Shown here one piece after another: positions 39,479-49,295 of a DNA stretch of 64,000 nt. The DNA is from Bacillota bacterium (GTDB lineage Bacteria; Bacillota; Clostridia; Acetivibrionales; DTU013). The stretch covers positions 1,122 through 65,121 of the forward strand of contig JAEYRV010000040.1 of the NCBI GenBank assembly GCA_023435305.1, in the 5' to 3' direction. Under the pieces are notes generated by a model. The model did not search any database, was not told where the DNA came from, and worked only from the letters and a program-made list of their open reading frames with translations. The position numbers and the translations under genes were made by a program. The first letter of the stretch is position 1. Every line of letters begins with the position of its first letter.

Positions 39479-40153
39479 ATGAAGAATAAATTATTAGCTT
39501 TAGTTTCAGCAGCAGCAATAGCTTTTTCCATAACAGCAAATTCTTTTGCATTGGGTACTGCCTTCAAAGACATCGATAATGTAAGCTCAAAGGAGAAGAT
39601 CATAGCGCTTCAAAATAAGGGAGTGGTCCATGGAACCGCTGACGGTGTTTTTTCTCCGGACAGCAAGGTCACGGCTGCTCAGAGCATTCAGCTTTTAGTA
39701 AGGGCATTTGATTTGAATCTGGACACCGTTCGCTTTATTAAGGAACCAAAAGCAACGGATTATTTCAGCAAGGCCAATGATAATGCCTGGTACGCCGAGG
39801 CCTTGATCATAGGCTCGGTCAGAGGTCTCGAATTCCCGGGGGACATGGACCCTGAGCATGTAATGACAAGAGAAGAGTACACATATTATTTGATAAACGC
39901 GGCTGAAAACTACGGGCAGCTTCCGAATATTAAGCTGGTGCCGACTGAAATCGCGGACGGTGATAAGATCACAGCCGACTACAGCGGAGCAATACAGCGT
40001 GCTTTGAAATACGGTGTTACAAGTTTGGATAAAGAAGATAATTTCAATCCAAAGGATTTGCTGTCAAGAGCAGAAGCAGCTGAGATGCTGTATAACACAT
40101 TGGAGTATCTGAAGGCTCACCCATCGCAAGACTCTGAACCCATAAATAATTGA
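39479..40153 (+). CDS. secreted SLH-domain protein
   Basis: Signal peptide, then FKDIDNVSSKEKIIALQNKGVVHGTADGVFSPDSKVTAAQSIQLLVRAF (SLH). A second SLH-like repeat lies near the C-terminus. Confidence 0.8.
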   Translation: MKNKLLALVSAAAIAFSITANSFALGTAFKDIDNVSSKEKIIALQNKGVVHGTADGVFSPDSKVTAAQSIQLLVRAFDLNLDTVRFIKEPKATDYFSKANDNAWYAEALIIGSVRGLEFPGDMDPEHVMTREEYTYYLINAAENYGQLPNIKLVPTEIADGDKITADYSGAIQRALKYGVTSLDKEDNFNPKDLLSRAEAAEMLYNTLEYLKAHPSQDSEPINN

Positions 40154-40176
40154 TCTGTAAGTAGTGTTGCATAAAG

Positions 40177-40208
40177 AATGGCCCAAATAATGGGCCATTT
40201 TATTTTTG
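40177..40208 (+). terminator. intrinsic terminator after the SLH gene
   Basis: AATGGCCCA-loop-TGGGCCATT followed by TTATTTTT. Confidence 0.7.
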
Positions 40209-40244
40209 ACTCTCTTTCTATGTATGGTATTATTGCTTATCGAC

Positions 40245-41237
40245 TTACGATGACGCTGCTGCCGCCGACGCACTTGCTGCTGCCGCAGCTGATATTGCCG
40301 CAGTCTGCTGGGCTATGATAATCGCTGCAATACTATTTCCCAATGTCACCTGTAACAGCCCTTTCTCAACACCCTCAAGATAGTAGTCCGAAACCAGTGA
40401 AGCAGCCAGGATCGATCTGGTATTCCTGTCAAGGCTCCAAAAACCAAACCCGTCTTTAGTATAGATGTAGTCGTAGACCTGCTTTACTTCTTCCACGATT
40501 TTGTCAGCATCAGGTGCAATAAGCGACAGTACTCCTACTGAGGCCAGACCAAAATAATTCAGGTTGCATTTCCTGTCCTTGAGTTCTTTGAATATCTTTA
40601 TTGCCTTATGGCATTTCAGCTGTGTTTCCTCTTCGCCCAAAGCCAATACATGCGACAAAGTCTGAAGATAATTGCCCTTGTACATGCCTCCTCTATTGAG
40701 AGTGTGGTAGCAGCTTTCGATTTCCTCCGATGTAGTTTCCACATCCATATCGGTAGTCGCCAGTATTGCGGCATGGACATAATCATCTGTGGATGTTATC
40801 CAGAAATGCTTTTCCCGCATTTTCTTATAGAATGCTTTCATTCTATCGATCCTGTGATCCCACTCTTCGGCAGGCACTGTCTTTGCTATTGTAAATGCGC
40901 TCAATGGCAGCTGTGTACTGTATTGGAAGCCCGAATCCCTGAGTTTTTTATACAGATCTGCCACATTCGCAAACATCTGCTGATAATTATCCTCCAGGCA
41001 TAACAGACTGGATATTATCTGCAGGTTTGTCCCCCTGAATTGAGATACCCAGCCTGTTTCTTCCTTCAGGTGCTTTCTGACATCACGGAGCAAATCGGGA
41101 TTTACCCTTACACCTTTTGTCGTATGGACCATGGCCCCGAAGTGATTTACCAGGCTGCCCTCCCACTTGAAGTTTCTCTTGAGTATCATATAGTTTTCTG
41201 CCAACAAATCAGCTTTCTGTTTTAATAACTCGTCCAT
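40245..41237 (-). CDS. hypothetical protein, possibly DUF4003 family
   Basis: 330 aa, all-helical in appearance, with a C-terminal Ala/Ser tail (AAISAAAAASASAAAASS). The family call is from memory only. Confidence 0.5.
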   Translation of the reverse strand: MDELLKQKADLLAENYMILKRNFKWEGSLVNHFGAMVHTTKGVRVNPDLLRDVRKHLKEETGWVSQFRGTNLQIISSLLCLEDNYQQMFANVADLYKKLRDSGFQYSTQLPLSAFTIAKTVPAEEWDHRIDRMKAFYKKMREKHFWITSTDDYVHAAILATTDMDVETTSEEIESCYHTLNRGGMYKGNYLQTLSHVLALGEEETQLKCHKAIKIFKELKDRKCNLNYFGLASVGVLSLIAPDADKIVEEVKQVYDYIYTKDGFGFWSLDRNTRSILAASLVSDYYLEGVEKGLLQVTLGNSIAAIIIAQQTAAISAAAAASASAAAASS

Positions 41238-41355
41238 AAAAGCACCTTAACAATATTTTACTCTCAACTGCTTGCTTACTCATTATACCAATGAGGTCAA
41301 GTAAAGGTCTGCAAATTTCTTACTATGTCATTACAGTTTTTACTATACCTGTTCT

Positions 41356-41733
41356 TTATATAAAGGAGCCAACAATAAGCAGTACTATTGTTACAGCAGC
41401 AAAGCCAAAAGTCTTCCAATACCTATAGTACAGCACCTCCGTTATCCCATAGACCACAAGCAATGACAGCGCAATTGTTATTGGTGTGCTCAGATATGTA
41501 CGTAAGATATATGAAAGCAGAGATACCGTAAATAAGACCGCTCCGACAACCAGCATACATATTGCCTTCACTTTTATCTGCTTATCTGTAACAGAAGGCG
41601 GCAGCTCGCTATGCTGCTTTCTCGCAAGTATTAATCCATTCTTTCTGGTCAAATACATTGTATTAGTAATAATCTGAAATGATCCCAGCGCTATAAGCAA
41701 TGCTCTTATTATTTCATGTTTCCAGCTCATCAT
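41356..41733 (-). CDS. small membrane protein (4 TM)
   Basis: Its start overlaps the upstream marR stop by about 20 nt. Confidence 0.55.
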   Translation of the reverse strand: MMSWKHEIIRALLIALGSFQIITNTMYLTRKNGLILARKQHSELPPSVTDKQIKVKAICMLVVGAVLFTVSLLSYILRTYLSTPITIALSLLVVYGITEVLYYRYWKTFGFAAVTIVLLIVGSFI

Positions 41734-42160
41734 GATTCTCCCTTGATAAATTCTTTATAATTTTGTTCAATGAATCGTACAGCCTTTGTACCTCATACTG
41801 ATCCATACCTTCCAACGCCTCGCCGGTGACCGCTTTAGCCCTGGCCTCGATTTCTCCGATGATCTTTTTCGCTTTCTCCGTAAGATGCACCACATATGAC
41901 CTTCTGTCAACAGGGTCCAAATTTTTTTCTGCGTATTCCTTTTCCATCAGCTTGTAAATTACGGTGCCGATAGTTGCCCGGTCACTCATCAGCTCTTCTG
42001 CGATCTGGGCCTGAGTTAATTCCTTTTTTGTATCCAGCAGCTTCAATACGGCCCATTGGGATGTAGTAATATTGTACTTTTCCAGTTCATGATCCATCCT
42101 TCTTTTTATGAACCTGGCGCTTGTGTTTAAAAGATACCCTAGAATCTTATGAATTTCCAT
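41714..42160 (-). CDS. MarR-family transcriptional regulator
   Basis: ITTSQWAVLKLL...LTQAQIAEELMSDRATIGTVIYKLMEKEYAEK. Confidence 0.85.
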   Translation of the reverse strand: MEIHKILGYLLNTSARFIKRRMDHELEKYNITTSQWAVLKLLDTKKELTQAQIAEELMSDRATIGTVIYKLMEKEYAEKNLDPVDRRSYVVHLTEKAKKIIGEIEARAKAVTGEALEGMDQYEVQRLYDSLNKIIKNLSRENHDELET

Positions 42161-42182
42161 ATATCATGACCGCCCTAATATT

Positions 42183-42198
42183 AGTATGTATACATACT
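42183..42198. promoter_or_regulatory. perfect 16-bp palindrome, likely a MarR operator
   Basis: AGTATGTATACATACT lies 23 nt upstream of the marR start. It is flanked by CTAATAT direct repeats. Confidence 0.5.
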
Positions 42199-42256
42199 GT
42201 ATGTACACACACTAATATACACAGATTTTTCCACTATGTCAATATTAAGTTCTCAT

Positions 42257-43039
42257 TCAGGCTTCATTTAAGAATACCCAGGGGCAAAGTGCTTTTTCAG
42301 CCACATCGATCACCTTGAAAATAACTGCCCCCATAATGCTCAGCGTAAGTATACCGGCAAACATCTGGACATAGTCAGCCATTATCCAGCAGTTCATTAT
42401 GAAGTAGCCTATACCGAACCGTGTAGCAAAATTCTCACTGAAAAATAATGCGGCAATGCTTATTCCAATGCTGACTCTCAACGCCGAGATGATTTTAGGT
42501 AAAACCGAGGGAAATACCAGATGGATATATGTTTGTTTTCTGCTCAGCCCCAGGGACTTAACTGAAAATGCAAGCTCAGTTGGTATTTCCTTAACTCCGT
42601 CCCTTGTTGCCAGCATTATCTGAAAGAAAATTATCGTGGTTATGAGTATTATTTTAGTAATGTCACCAAGCCCGAATAATATCATGAATACGGGCAGGAA
42701 AGCTATCTTGGGAAGCGGGTACAAAATGTAGGCAATCGGTGAAATGATAAAATCCGCTGCCTTATTCATACCTGTCAGCAAACCCAGAGTCACACCAAGT
42801 ATCATTGATATTGATACTGCTGCAAGGATCCTCATAAAGCTATATAGTACATGCCGCAGCATATCTCCCTGAATGAGGCGGATAAACTCAACAGCTGTCG
42901 CATATGGGCTTGGTATGATGTTCGAATTGACTGTCAAATGAAGTATATACCATAGCAGTAGAATAACTACAGAACCATATATTGTTCTGCTATAAGCAAA
43001 GTTCTTCAGTACATTAACTATTGCATTCCGTCTTTTCAT
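42257..43039 (-). CDS. ABC transporter permease (NitT/TauT, SsuC-like)
   Basis: 6 TM segments with an EAA-like loop. It overlaps the ATPase gene stop. Confidence 0.85.
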   Translation of the reverse strand: MKRRNAIVNVLKNFAYSRTIYGSVVILLLWYILHLTVNSNIIPSPYATAVEFIRLIQGDMLRHVLYSFMRILAAVSISMILGVTLGLLTGMNKAADFIISPIAYILYPLPKIAFLPVFMILFGLGDITKIILITTIIFFQIMLATRDGVKEIPTELAFSVKSLGLSRKQTYIHLVFPSVLPKIISALRVSIGISIAALFFSENFATRFGIGYFIMNCWIMADYVQMFAGILTLSIMGAVIFKVIDVAEKALCPWVFLNEA

Positions 43040-43770
43040 TCTGCGTCCCCTCCATCCAGTAGCTTCCGTACTTCCAGACAGAGCCGATAGTACTCCTCTT
43101 TTGATCTGAGGTTTTCATCTCCAAAAAGCGGATTGTCAATAATATGCTTTATACAAGCCTTCTCCATTACAACTATTTTGCGTCCAAGGAATACAGCCTC
43201 TTCAATACTGTGCGTCACAACGACCATAGTCATAGGTCTCTTAGTATAAAGCCTGAGTATAAGATCCTGCAGATGCTCTCTTGTGATCGTATCAAGTGAT
43301 GATGATGCTTCGTCGATCAACAGCAGGTCCGGATCCAGCACAAGTGTGCGTGCTATGGCTGCCCTTTGCTTTTGTCCACCACTCAATTGTGCAGGATATT
43401 TGTTTCTTTGTTCAAATATTCCGAGTTCTGATAAAATGGATGAGGTTTTTTGATCGATTATATCTTTATCCTGACCTCTTGCCTTAAGTCCCAAAGCAGC
43501 ATTCCTGAAAACAGTTTTCCAGGGCAGAAGCCCTCCGTGCTGGAGAATAACACCTGTTTCCCGTCTGATGCCGCGCAGCACTTCACCATTAATGAGGACT
43601 TGTCCTTCGCATGGCGGTAATAGGCCCGCCAATGTATACAGCAATGTTGTCTTCCCGCACCCTGAGGGCCCTATGACTGCGCATGTCGAATTGACAGGAA
43701 TGTTCAGATACACATCCTTTAATGCAGTTTCGCTGCCAAAATTGACCCCAAGCCCGCTGACCTGTATCAT
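43036..43770 (-). CDS. ABC transporter ATP-binding protein (NitT/TauT family)
   Basis: GPSGCGKTT, LSGGQKQR and LLLIDEASSSLD are present. Confidence 0.9.
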   Translation of the reverse strand: MIQVSGLGVNFGSETALKDVYLNIPVNSTCAVIGPSGCGKTTLLYTLAGLLPPCEGQVLINGEVLRGIRRETGVILQHGGLLPWKTVFRNAALGLKARGQDKDIIDQKTSSILSELGIFEQRNKYPAQLSGGQKQRAAIARTLVLDPDLLLIDEASSSLDTITREHLQDLILRLYTKRPMTMVVVTHSIEEAVFLGRKIVVMEKACIKHIIDNPLFGDENLRSKEEYYRLCLEVRKLLDGGDAE

Positions 43771-44732
43771 TTTCCTGTATACTTCCTCTCAATAAGGTCC
43801 TCAGGTGTAACCGCTAATTTCTTATTGACTGTAGTCGATGTCCAGTCGATAACTCTTTGGATATAATCCGTATCCGGAAGAGTTGCTTTTGTGTATTCAG
43901 GCAGAACGATCCTGTCCCTTATTTCTGGTTTGACATTCGGAATCTTTTCGATCAATATATCCCTTGCCTGACCGGAATCATTCTTAAGCTCCTCTACTGC
44001 TTTGTTATAGGCCTGGTGAAACAAACGTATGGCATCATTCTTTTCTTTCAGTGCCTTGCCGGTAAATACTGCTACATCAGGGCAATAACCCGCTTCAGGC
44101 TCATATATCCTTTTAACAAGGCCATTCAGCTCACCTGTGGATGCCACGGGTTCAGGGAACAGCCCCATATTCAGCTCTCCGCTGCCTATAGCCGCCAGCC
44201 TTGCCGGTATTTCATTTATAAAGACCTTCTCTATTTCGTATTTATCCGACAGCCATTCGTCAATGAGGAAGTTTGTCACACTTACCTCCATCATGCCGAC
44301 CTTGACTTTTTGCTTATCCTCGCTGCCTTCCTTCATAAGCACAGGGAAGACGCCATTTGTCATTGTAGTCGCTTTTATGTCAAAACCGCTCTCGACATTG
44401 GTTGCAACTGCGATGAGATCAGTTATTGCTCCATCGATGGAGTTCGTCTGCAGTGCGCTCTGTCTGTCCTGTGCATTGCTGAATACCTGCAGTTCTACAT
44501 TCAACCCAAGTTCACTGAAGTATCCGTTTTTCTCAGCTAATAAAAAGGGTACGGAATCGACAGCAGGCATAAGCCCGAATTTGAGCGACATTTTTTCATT
44601 CTGTGACTTGCTTGAGGTACTACAGCCCGATAACAGAACTGCTAAAAGTATAATAAATGTTATGATCCTGCCTGGTTTATACATGGTTCTCCCCTTCTTT
44701 TCTGCAATTATCTCCGGTTTTAGGTTATTCAT
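43767..44732 (-). CDS. ABC substrate-binding lipoprotein (NMT1/THI5-like, SsuA-like)
   Basis: It has a lipobox (LLSGCS) and a periplasmic-binding-protein pattern. It is first in the transporter triad. Confidence 0.75.
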   Translation of the reverse strand: MNNLKPEIIAEKKGRTMYKPGRIITFIILLAVLLSGCSTSSKSQNEKMSLKFGLMPAVDSVPFLLAEKNGYFSELGLNVELQVFSNAQDRQSALQTNSIDGAITDLIAVATNVESGFDIKATTMTNGVFPVLMKEGSEDKQKVKVGMMEVSVTNFLIDEWLSDKYEIEKVFINEIPARLAAIGSGELNMGLFPEPVASTGELNGLVKRIYEPEAGYCPDVAVFTGKALKEKNDAIRLFHQAYNKAVEELKNDSGQARDILIEKIPNVKPEIRDRIVLPEYTKATLPDTDYIQRVIDWTSTTVNKKLAVTPEDLIERKYTGK

Positions 44733-44756
44733 ATAGATACAAACTATTCCGCTGTT

Positions 44757-45272
44757 TTACCCTGTCAGCTTTCTATACTCATCAAGGACACTTGCAAGCA
44801 GATGGATAAACTGTCTGATCTCCTCATCCCGGATCAGAAATCGAAATGCATCGGTCACATTCCTTTTGAAGGCTTTATCAATTTTCAGATCCATCGATTC
44901 CATAAGAAGAGGGCACAGATACTTTGCCCTTGGATCCTCGATCACAGTAAGTTTTCCGCTTTCATCAATATAAGGCGCATAGGGAAAAATCCTGCAGGCC
45001 AGTGGCCTGAGTCTCCGCTGGCAATCACCTTTGCAAACTGCAAAAAGAACATCCGTGTTTTGTATCTTGTCCTTCCGTATGCTAAGAAAGCCTTCCTGTC
45101 CGTCTAACATTACTTCTTCACCCGGATAGAGACACATGCCCATATCACTGTCACCCGAACAGCATTTACTGTTGCAAAGAAGGCCGCAGTCAAATTTCAA
45201 GGGAGTCGAATCCTTCAGCAGTCTATATGCTTTCTTATATAAAATTTTCCTGTACACTATAGTACCTCTCAA
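44757..45272 (-). CDS. cysteine-cluster protein (YkgJ/UPF0153-like)
   Basis: CGLLCNSKCCSG plus further Cys residues. The family call is tentative. Confidence 0.5.
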   Translation of the reverse strand: MRGTIVYRKILYKKAYRLLKDSTPLKFDCGLLCNSKCCSGDSDMGMCLYPGEEVMLDGQEGFLSIRKDKIQNTDVLFAVCKGDCQRRLRPLACRIFPYAPYIDESGKLTVIEDPRAKYLCPLLMESMDLKIDKAFKRNVTDAFRFLIRDEEIRQFIHLLASVLDEYRKLTG

Positions 45273-45309
45273 TATCTCTGCTTATCTGCCCGGATCTTCA
45301 AAAGTTCAA

Positions 45310-46104
45310 TTATTGTCTAGCTATAATATCTACATTTGGATTTTTATATCTTTTCCTGTTGACAGTCTTTGTTCCCCATTGAATGGCTTCTTTTGGACAA
45401 AGCTGGATACATGCCATACACCGTTCACAGTTATGCTTCCATTCAGGTTTTGTGCTAAACTCTATGTTGTTTACCGGACATACTTTCTCACACAATTTAC
45501 AGTTATTGCAGTTTTCATTTACCCAATACCCTGAATCTGTTGTATTTAGGTTGGCCATTATTTTATCTGTCATTGAAATGAAAATATTGTCTATGATCGT
45601 ATCAAATATTAATCTGCTGACCTCACATTTATAGTTCTGTTTTCTCCTGATTAGTTCACAAATCCTTACAACCCTTTCTCTTTCCTTTACGAATATCCTG
45701 TCTCCGATCTTAACAGGTTTGGTGCTATACTCTAAAACATGGTTTTTGGGCATATGTACCAAGAAGCCTGCGTTAAGAATCTTCCCGTTTTTCCGCAGCA
45801 TATTTTCGAGCTTTCTTAAAACTGTCGCCGGCGCTCCGCCATAAGTTGCAACTGCAAATACATATGTGTTTTTGCTGATCACAAGTTTATTAACTACACT
45901 TTCGACAACTAATGGAAGCCTTGCATAATATACTGGGAAAACTATCCCCAAAATTTCAGACTTCACCTGAATAGTATCTTCATTTCTCAACACTGCCAGA
46001 TTCATCCGGTCAAGTCCCCCTGCGTTGTCGCATATATCCTTCGCGACTTGCAGACTGTTGCCTGTTCCGGAAAAGTATAGTAAGGTGCTGCGTTCTAATA
46101 CCAT
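45310..46104 (-). CDS. flavodoxin-like + 2x[4Fe-4S] ferredoxin fusion (EFR1-type)
   Basis: The N-terminus LLYFSGTGNSLQVAK is flavodoxin-like. The C-terminus has CNNCKLCEKVCP and CERCMACIQLCP. Confidence 0.75.
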   Translation of the reverse strand: MVLERSTLLYFSGTGNSLQVAKDICDNAGGLDRMNLAVLRNEDTIQVKSEILGIVFPVYYARLPLVVESVVNKLVISKNTYVFAVATYGGAPATVLRKLENMLRKNGKILNAGFLVHMPKNHVLEYSTKPVKIGDRIFVKERERVVRICELIRRKQNYKCEVSRLIFDTIIDNIFISMTDKIMANLNTTDSGYWVNENCNNCKLCEKVCPVNNIEFSTKPEWKHNCERCMACIQLCPKEAIQWGTKTVNRKRYKNPNVDIIARQ

Positions 46105-46163
46105 TGTACCATCCCCCTTATCGGTTACTAATGGTATGATAAACCATGTACTATACTACACTG

Positions 46164-46571
46164 TCAAGCATTCTCTTCAAAAATCCCCTCGGCGGTAAAA
46201 CACTCTCTCTTTTGTGATATCACGCTGTCCTTTACTCTTTGAAGCAGCTCCCTGGTCTTATCCAGCTCAGATATTCTATTCTCGATTTCATCTATCTTGT
46301 AATTGACGATTTCTACTATGCGTTTAGCATCTCCACCAATTACGTCACTAAATATGGTCAAAATGAGAATCTTTATTTCCTTTAAGGTAAACCCAAATTC
46401 CTTGGCAATTTGAATAAACCAAATAATATTAACATCCTCCTCGGAATAAATCCTATATCCATTGCTTGTTCTTTTTGGCTTTGAGAGCAGACCGATTCTT
46501 TCGTAATATCTTATGGTCTCTTTATTAATATTTAATTTTTTTACAACATCTCCAATTTTATATGATTCCAT
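46164..46571 (-). CDS. MerR-family transcriptional regulator
   Basis: YKIGDVVKKLNINKETIRYYERIGLL...NGYRIYSEEDV. Confidence 0.85.
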   Translation of the reverse strand: MESYKIGDVVKKLNINKETIRYYERIGLLSKPKRTSNGYRIYSEEDVNIIWFIQIAKEFGFTLKEIKILILTIFSDVIGGDAKRIVEIVNYKIDEIENRISELDKTRELLQRVKDSVISQKRECFTAEGIFEENA

Positions 46572-46582
46572 ATACTATTCCA

Positions 46583-47062
46583 TCACTTATGATAAGTCTC
46601 GCCATGATTGATTTTGAATGCACGGAATATCTGTTCCAGTAATATCAAACGGGTCAACTGGTGCGGAAATGTCATGTCAGACAGGGATAACCTCAGATCA
46701 GCTTTATTGACCAGCTCGGCATCGACGCCCAGTGATCCCCCGATAACAAAGGTAATGTTGGATCTGCCGCTCGTCAGGCAGTTTTGGAGGGCTGCTGCAA
46801 AATCTTCAGAACTCTTTTTCGCTCCTTTTACATCAAGAACTATGAGAAAGGCCCCATCCTTTACTTTGCCCAGCATCCTGGCAGCTTCCTTCTTTTTGAT
46901 TTGTTCCTCTTGGGCTGGGCTCAATGACTCAGGCGCCTGTTCATCCTCCACTTCAATTAGCTGAAGGTCACAAAACCGGGAAAGGCGCTTTGCGTACTCC
47001 GCAATTCCCTCTTTTAGATAGCGTTCCTTTAGTTTTCCGACTGCAATAATCGTTACTTTCAT
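46583..47062 (-). CDS. rlmH: 23S rRNA (pseudouridine1915-N3)-methyltransferase
   Basis: 159 aa, SPOUT fold, with MKVTIIAVGKLKERYLKEGIAEY...GGSLG...FPHQL. Confidence 0.9.
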   Translation of the reverse strand: MKVTIIAVGKLKERYLKEGIAEYAKRLSRFCDLQLIEVEDEQAPESLSPAQEEQIKKKEAARMLGKVKDGAFLIVLDVKGAKKSSEDFAAALQNCLTSGRSNITFVIGGSLGVDAELVNKADLRLSLSDMTFPHQLTRLILLEQIFRAFKINHGETYHK

Positions 47063-47102
47063 AATTACCTTCCACTACTGAAAAACAATTCGTCCGGCAT
47101 CG

Positions 47103-47891
47103 TTATATTTCTATAACCTTACCGACCCGGTCACGCAGAGCAACTTCAAGTGTATAGTCGGTACCGGCCTTTAGCTTTTTCTCGCACAGTGCATTACATA
47201 CAGTCTGGTAGGCAAGCTCAGGGAAATTATTCTCCTTACTGAGGTGCCCAAGCAGAAACTGCTTTGTCCCGTTTTCCGCCATATAGGCAATGACTTCGCC
47301 CGCTGCATCATTCGAAAGGTGTCCATGCTCTCCTGCAATACGCTTTTTCAGCGGCCAGGGATACGGTCCCACCTTCAGCATCTCAAGGTCATGATTCGAC
47401 TCCAGCAGTAATAGATCGCTGTCCATAAAGTTATTTAGAAGCTCCATGCTGATATGTCCTATATCCGTAGCTATCGTCACCTTTTTGCCGGATGTTGAGA
47501 AGCTGTAGCCCACTGGTTCATTGGCATCATGGGGTATCGGGAACGGAGTGACTGTAATATCGCCGATATCAAACGGTGCATATGACGAAAACACCTTTTT
47601 ATTACATTCATGGACGTGCCCTATCATGTGCTCCATTCCTCTCCATGTGCCCTCACTGGCATATACAGGCAGGTTGAACTTGCGTGAGAGAATACCGGCG
47701 CCTCTGATATGATCGCTGTGCTCGTGTGAAACTAAAACAGCGCTGATATCCGAAGGCTTCTCGCCTATGGAACACAACGCTTCAATGATCTTCTTTGCAC
47801 TCAGACCCGCCTCAACAAGAAGTTTCGTTTCGCCTGAAGCCACAAATATTGAATTACCGCTGCTGCCGCTATATAGACTGCAAAATTTCAT
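47103..47891 (-). CDS. walJ: MBL-fold metallo-hydrolase (YycJ/WalJ-like)
   Basis: It has YSGSSGNS and HEHSDHIRG, and sits in a wal-cluster context. Confidence 0.8.
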   Translation of the reverse strand: MKFCSLYSGSSGNSIFVASGETKLLVEAGLSAKKIIEALCSIGEKPSDISAVLVSHEHSDHIRGAGILSRKFNLPVYASEGTWRGMEHMIGHVHECNKKVFSSYAPFDIGDITVTPFPIPHDANEPVGYSFSTSGKKVTIATDIGHISMELLNNFMDSDLLLLESNHDLEMLKVGPYPWPLKKRIAGEHGHLSNDAAGEVIAYMAENGTKQFLLGHLSKENNFPELAYQTVCNALCEKKLKAGTDYTLEVALRDRVGKVIEI

Positions 47892-47944
47892 TTTGTATCT
47901 CCGTTATTCTGATTTCCCAGGCAATTACTATATACAAAGCAGGC

Positions 47945-49204
47945 TCAATCCTCAATACGGGTTATGTCTGCGCCAAGATTCTGCAGCTTGCCGACAAAAT
48001 CCTCATAGCCCCTGTCAATATACTTGGTATTATGTACGACTGTCGTTCCATCTGCTGAAAGGCCGGCGATAACGACCGCAGCACCTGCTCTCAGGTCTAT
48101 CGCATTGACCTCCGACCCGTTCAGCGCGGCAGGCCCGTCTATTACAGCAAGGCTTCCATCGACACGTATTTTAGCGCCCATCCTTTTAAGTTCGTCTACA
48201 TACTGGAAACGGGTCGGCCAAATGCTTTCTGTAACAGTACTGCTGCCATTTGCCAGGCAAAGCAGTACTGTGGTCATCGGATGCATGTCAGTGGGAAAAC
48301 CGGGATAAGGCAGAGTCTTAATATTGGCCTTCTGTATCTCATTCTCTCCCGTTACTCTTATCCAGTCCTCTCCTTCGATCACATTGACATTCATCTCCTG
48401 AAGCTTGGCGGATAATGACTCCATATGCTTGGGTATCACATTTTTCACCGTCACATCTCCGCCCGTCGCCGCTGCCGCTATCATATATGTTCCTGCCTCG
48501 ACCATGTCGGGTATTATCGAGTGTACCTTCCCGCCCTTCAAATGGCTGACTCCCTTTATCTTGATGACATCGGTCCCTGCACCCTTTATATTTGCTCCGG
48601 CAGCATTGAGAAAATTGGCCGTATCAACTATGTGAGGCTCCTTTGCCGCATTTTCGATAATGGTGATGCCTTCTGCTTTGACAGCAGCAAGCATAAGGTT
48701 AATGGTAGCTCCTACACTGACTACATCAAGGTATATCTGGCTCCCCACTAATTTCTCGGCAGAAAGCTTGATCATTCCATGTTCAACAACCACATTGGCC
48801 CCCATAGCCTCAAAACCCTTTATATGCTGATCCATCGGTCTGTAACCGAAATCACAGCCGCCAGGCAGCGCGACCTCGGCTTTGCCGAAACGGCCAAGCA
48901 GTGCGCCAAGCAGATAATAGGAGGCCCTCATGCTTTTTATCATATCATAGGGTGCTATGTAAGAATTAACATCACTGGAATCTATCTGAACAGTATTTCT
49001 ATCATCAAATGTGACCTTTGCTCCCAGCTGTGTGAGAGTATCCACTAAAACCCTTGTATCCCTTATATCCGGAAGATTTTCTATCCTGCACTTCCCATCG
49101 ATCAGCAGTGCTGCAGGCAATACTGCCACCGCCGCATTTTTGGCTCCACTTATATAAACATCACCTTGCAGTGCCTTACGTCCATGAATAACGATCTTTC
49201 CCAA
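47945..49204 (-). CDS. murA: UDP-N-acetylglucosamine 1-carboxyvinyltransferase
   Basis: (M)GKIVIHGRKALQGDVYISGAKNAAVAVLPAALL...LPGGCDFGYRPMDQH. I infer a TTG start at 49204. Confidence 0.9.
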   Translation of the reverse strand: MGKIVIHGRKALQGDVYISGAKNAAVAVLPAALLIDGKCRIENLPDIRDTRVLVDTLTQLGAKVTFDDRNTVQIDSSDVNSYIAPYDMIKSMRASYYLLGALLGRFGKAEVALPGGCDFGYRPMDQHIKGFEAMGANVVVEHGMIKLSAEKLVGSQIYLDVVSVGATINLMLAAVKAEGITIIENAAKEPHIVDTANFLNAAGANIKGAGTDVIKIKGVSHLKGGKVHSIIPDMVEAGTYMIAAAATGGDVTVKNVIPKHMESLSAKLQEMNVNVIEGEDWIRVTGENEIQKANIKTLPYPGFPTDMHPMTTVLLCLANGSSTVTESIWPTRFQYVDELKRMGAKIRVDGSLAVIDGPAALNGSEVNAIDLRAGAAVVIAGLSADGTTVVHNTKYIDRGYEDFVGKLQNLGADITRIED

Positions 49205-49295
49205 TCTGTGCACCTGCCTTCTTATCCTTTGTGTATAGGAATAACTACATTCGATCGGCATCCTATTTCATTATACCACCGATTTTTCTTTAATA

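Noticed and set aside
45136-45534. A 132-aa plus-strand ORF spanning the gap between the YkgJ-like and EFR1-like genes.
   Set aside because: It is antisense to both genes, with a hydrophobic low-complexity translation and no SD.
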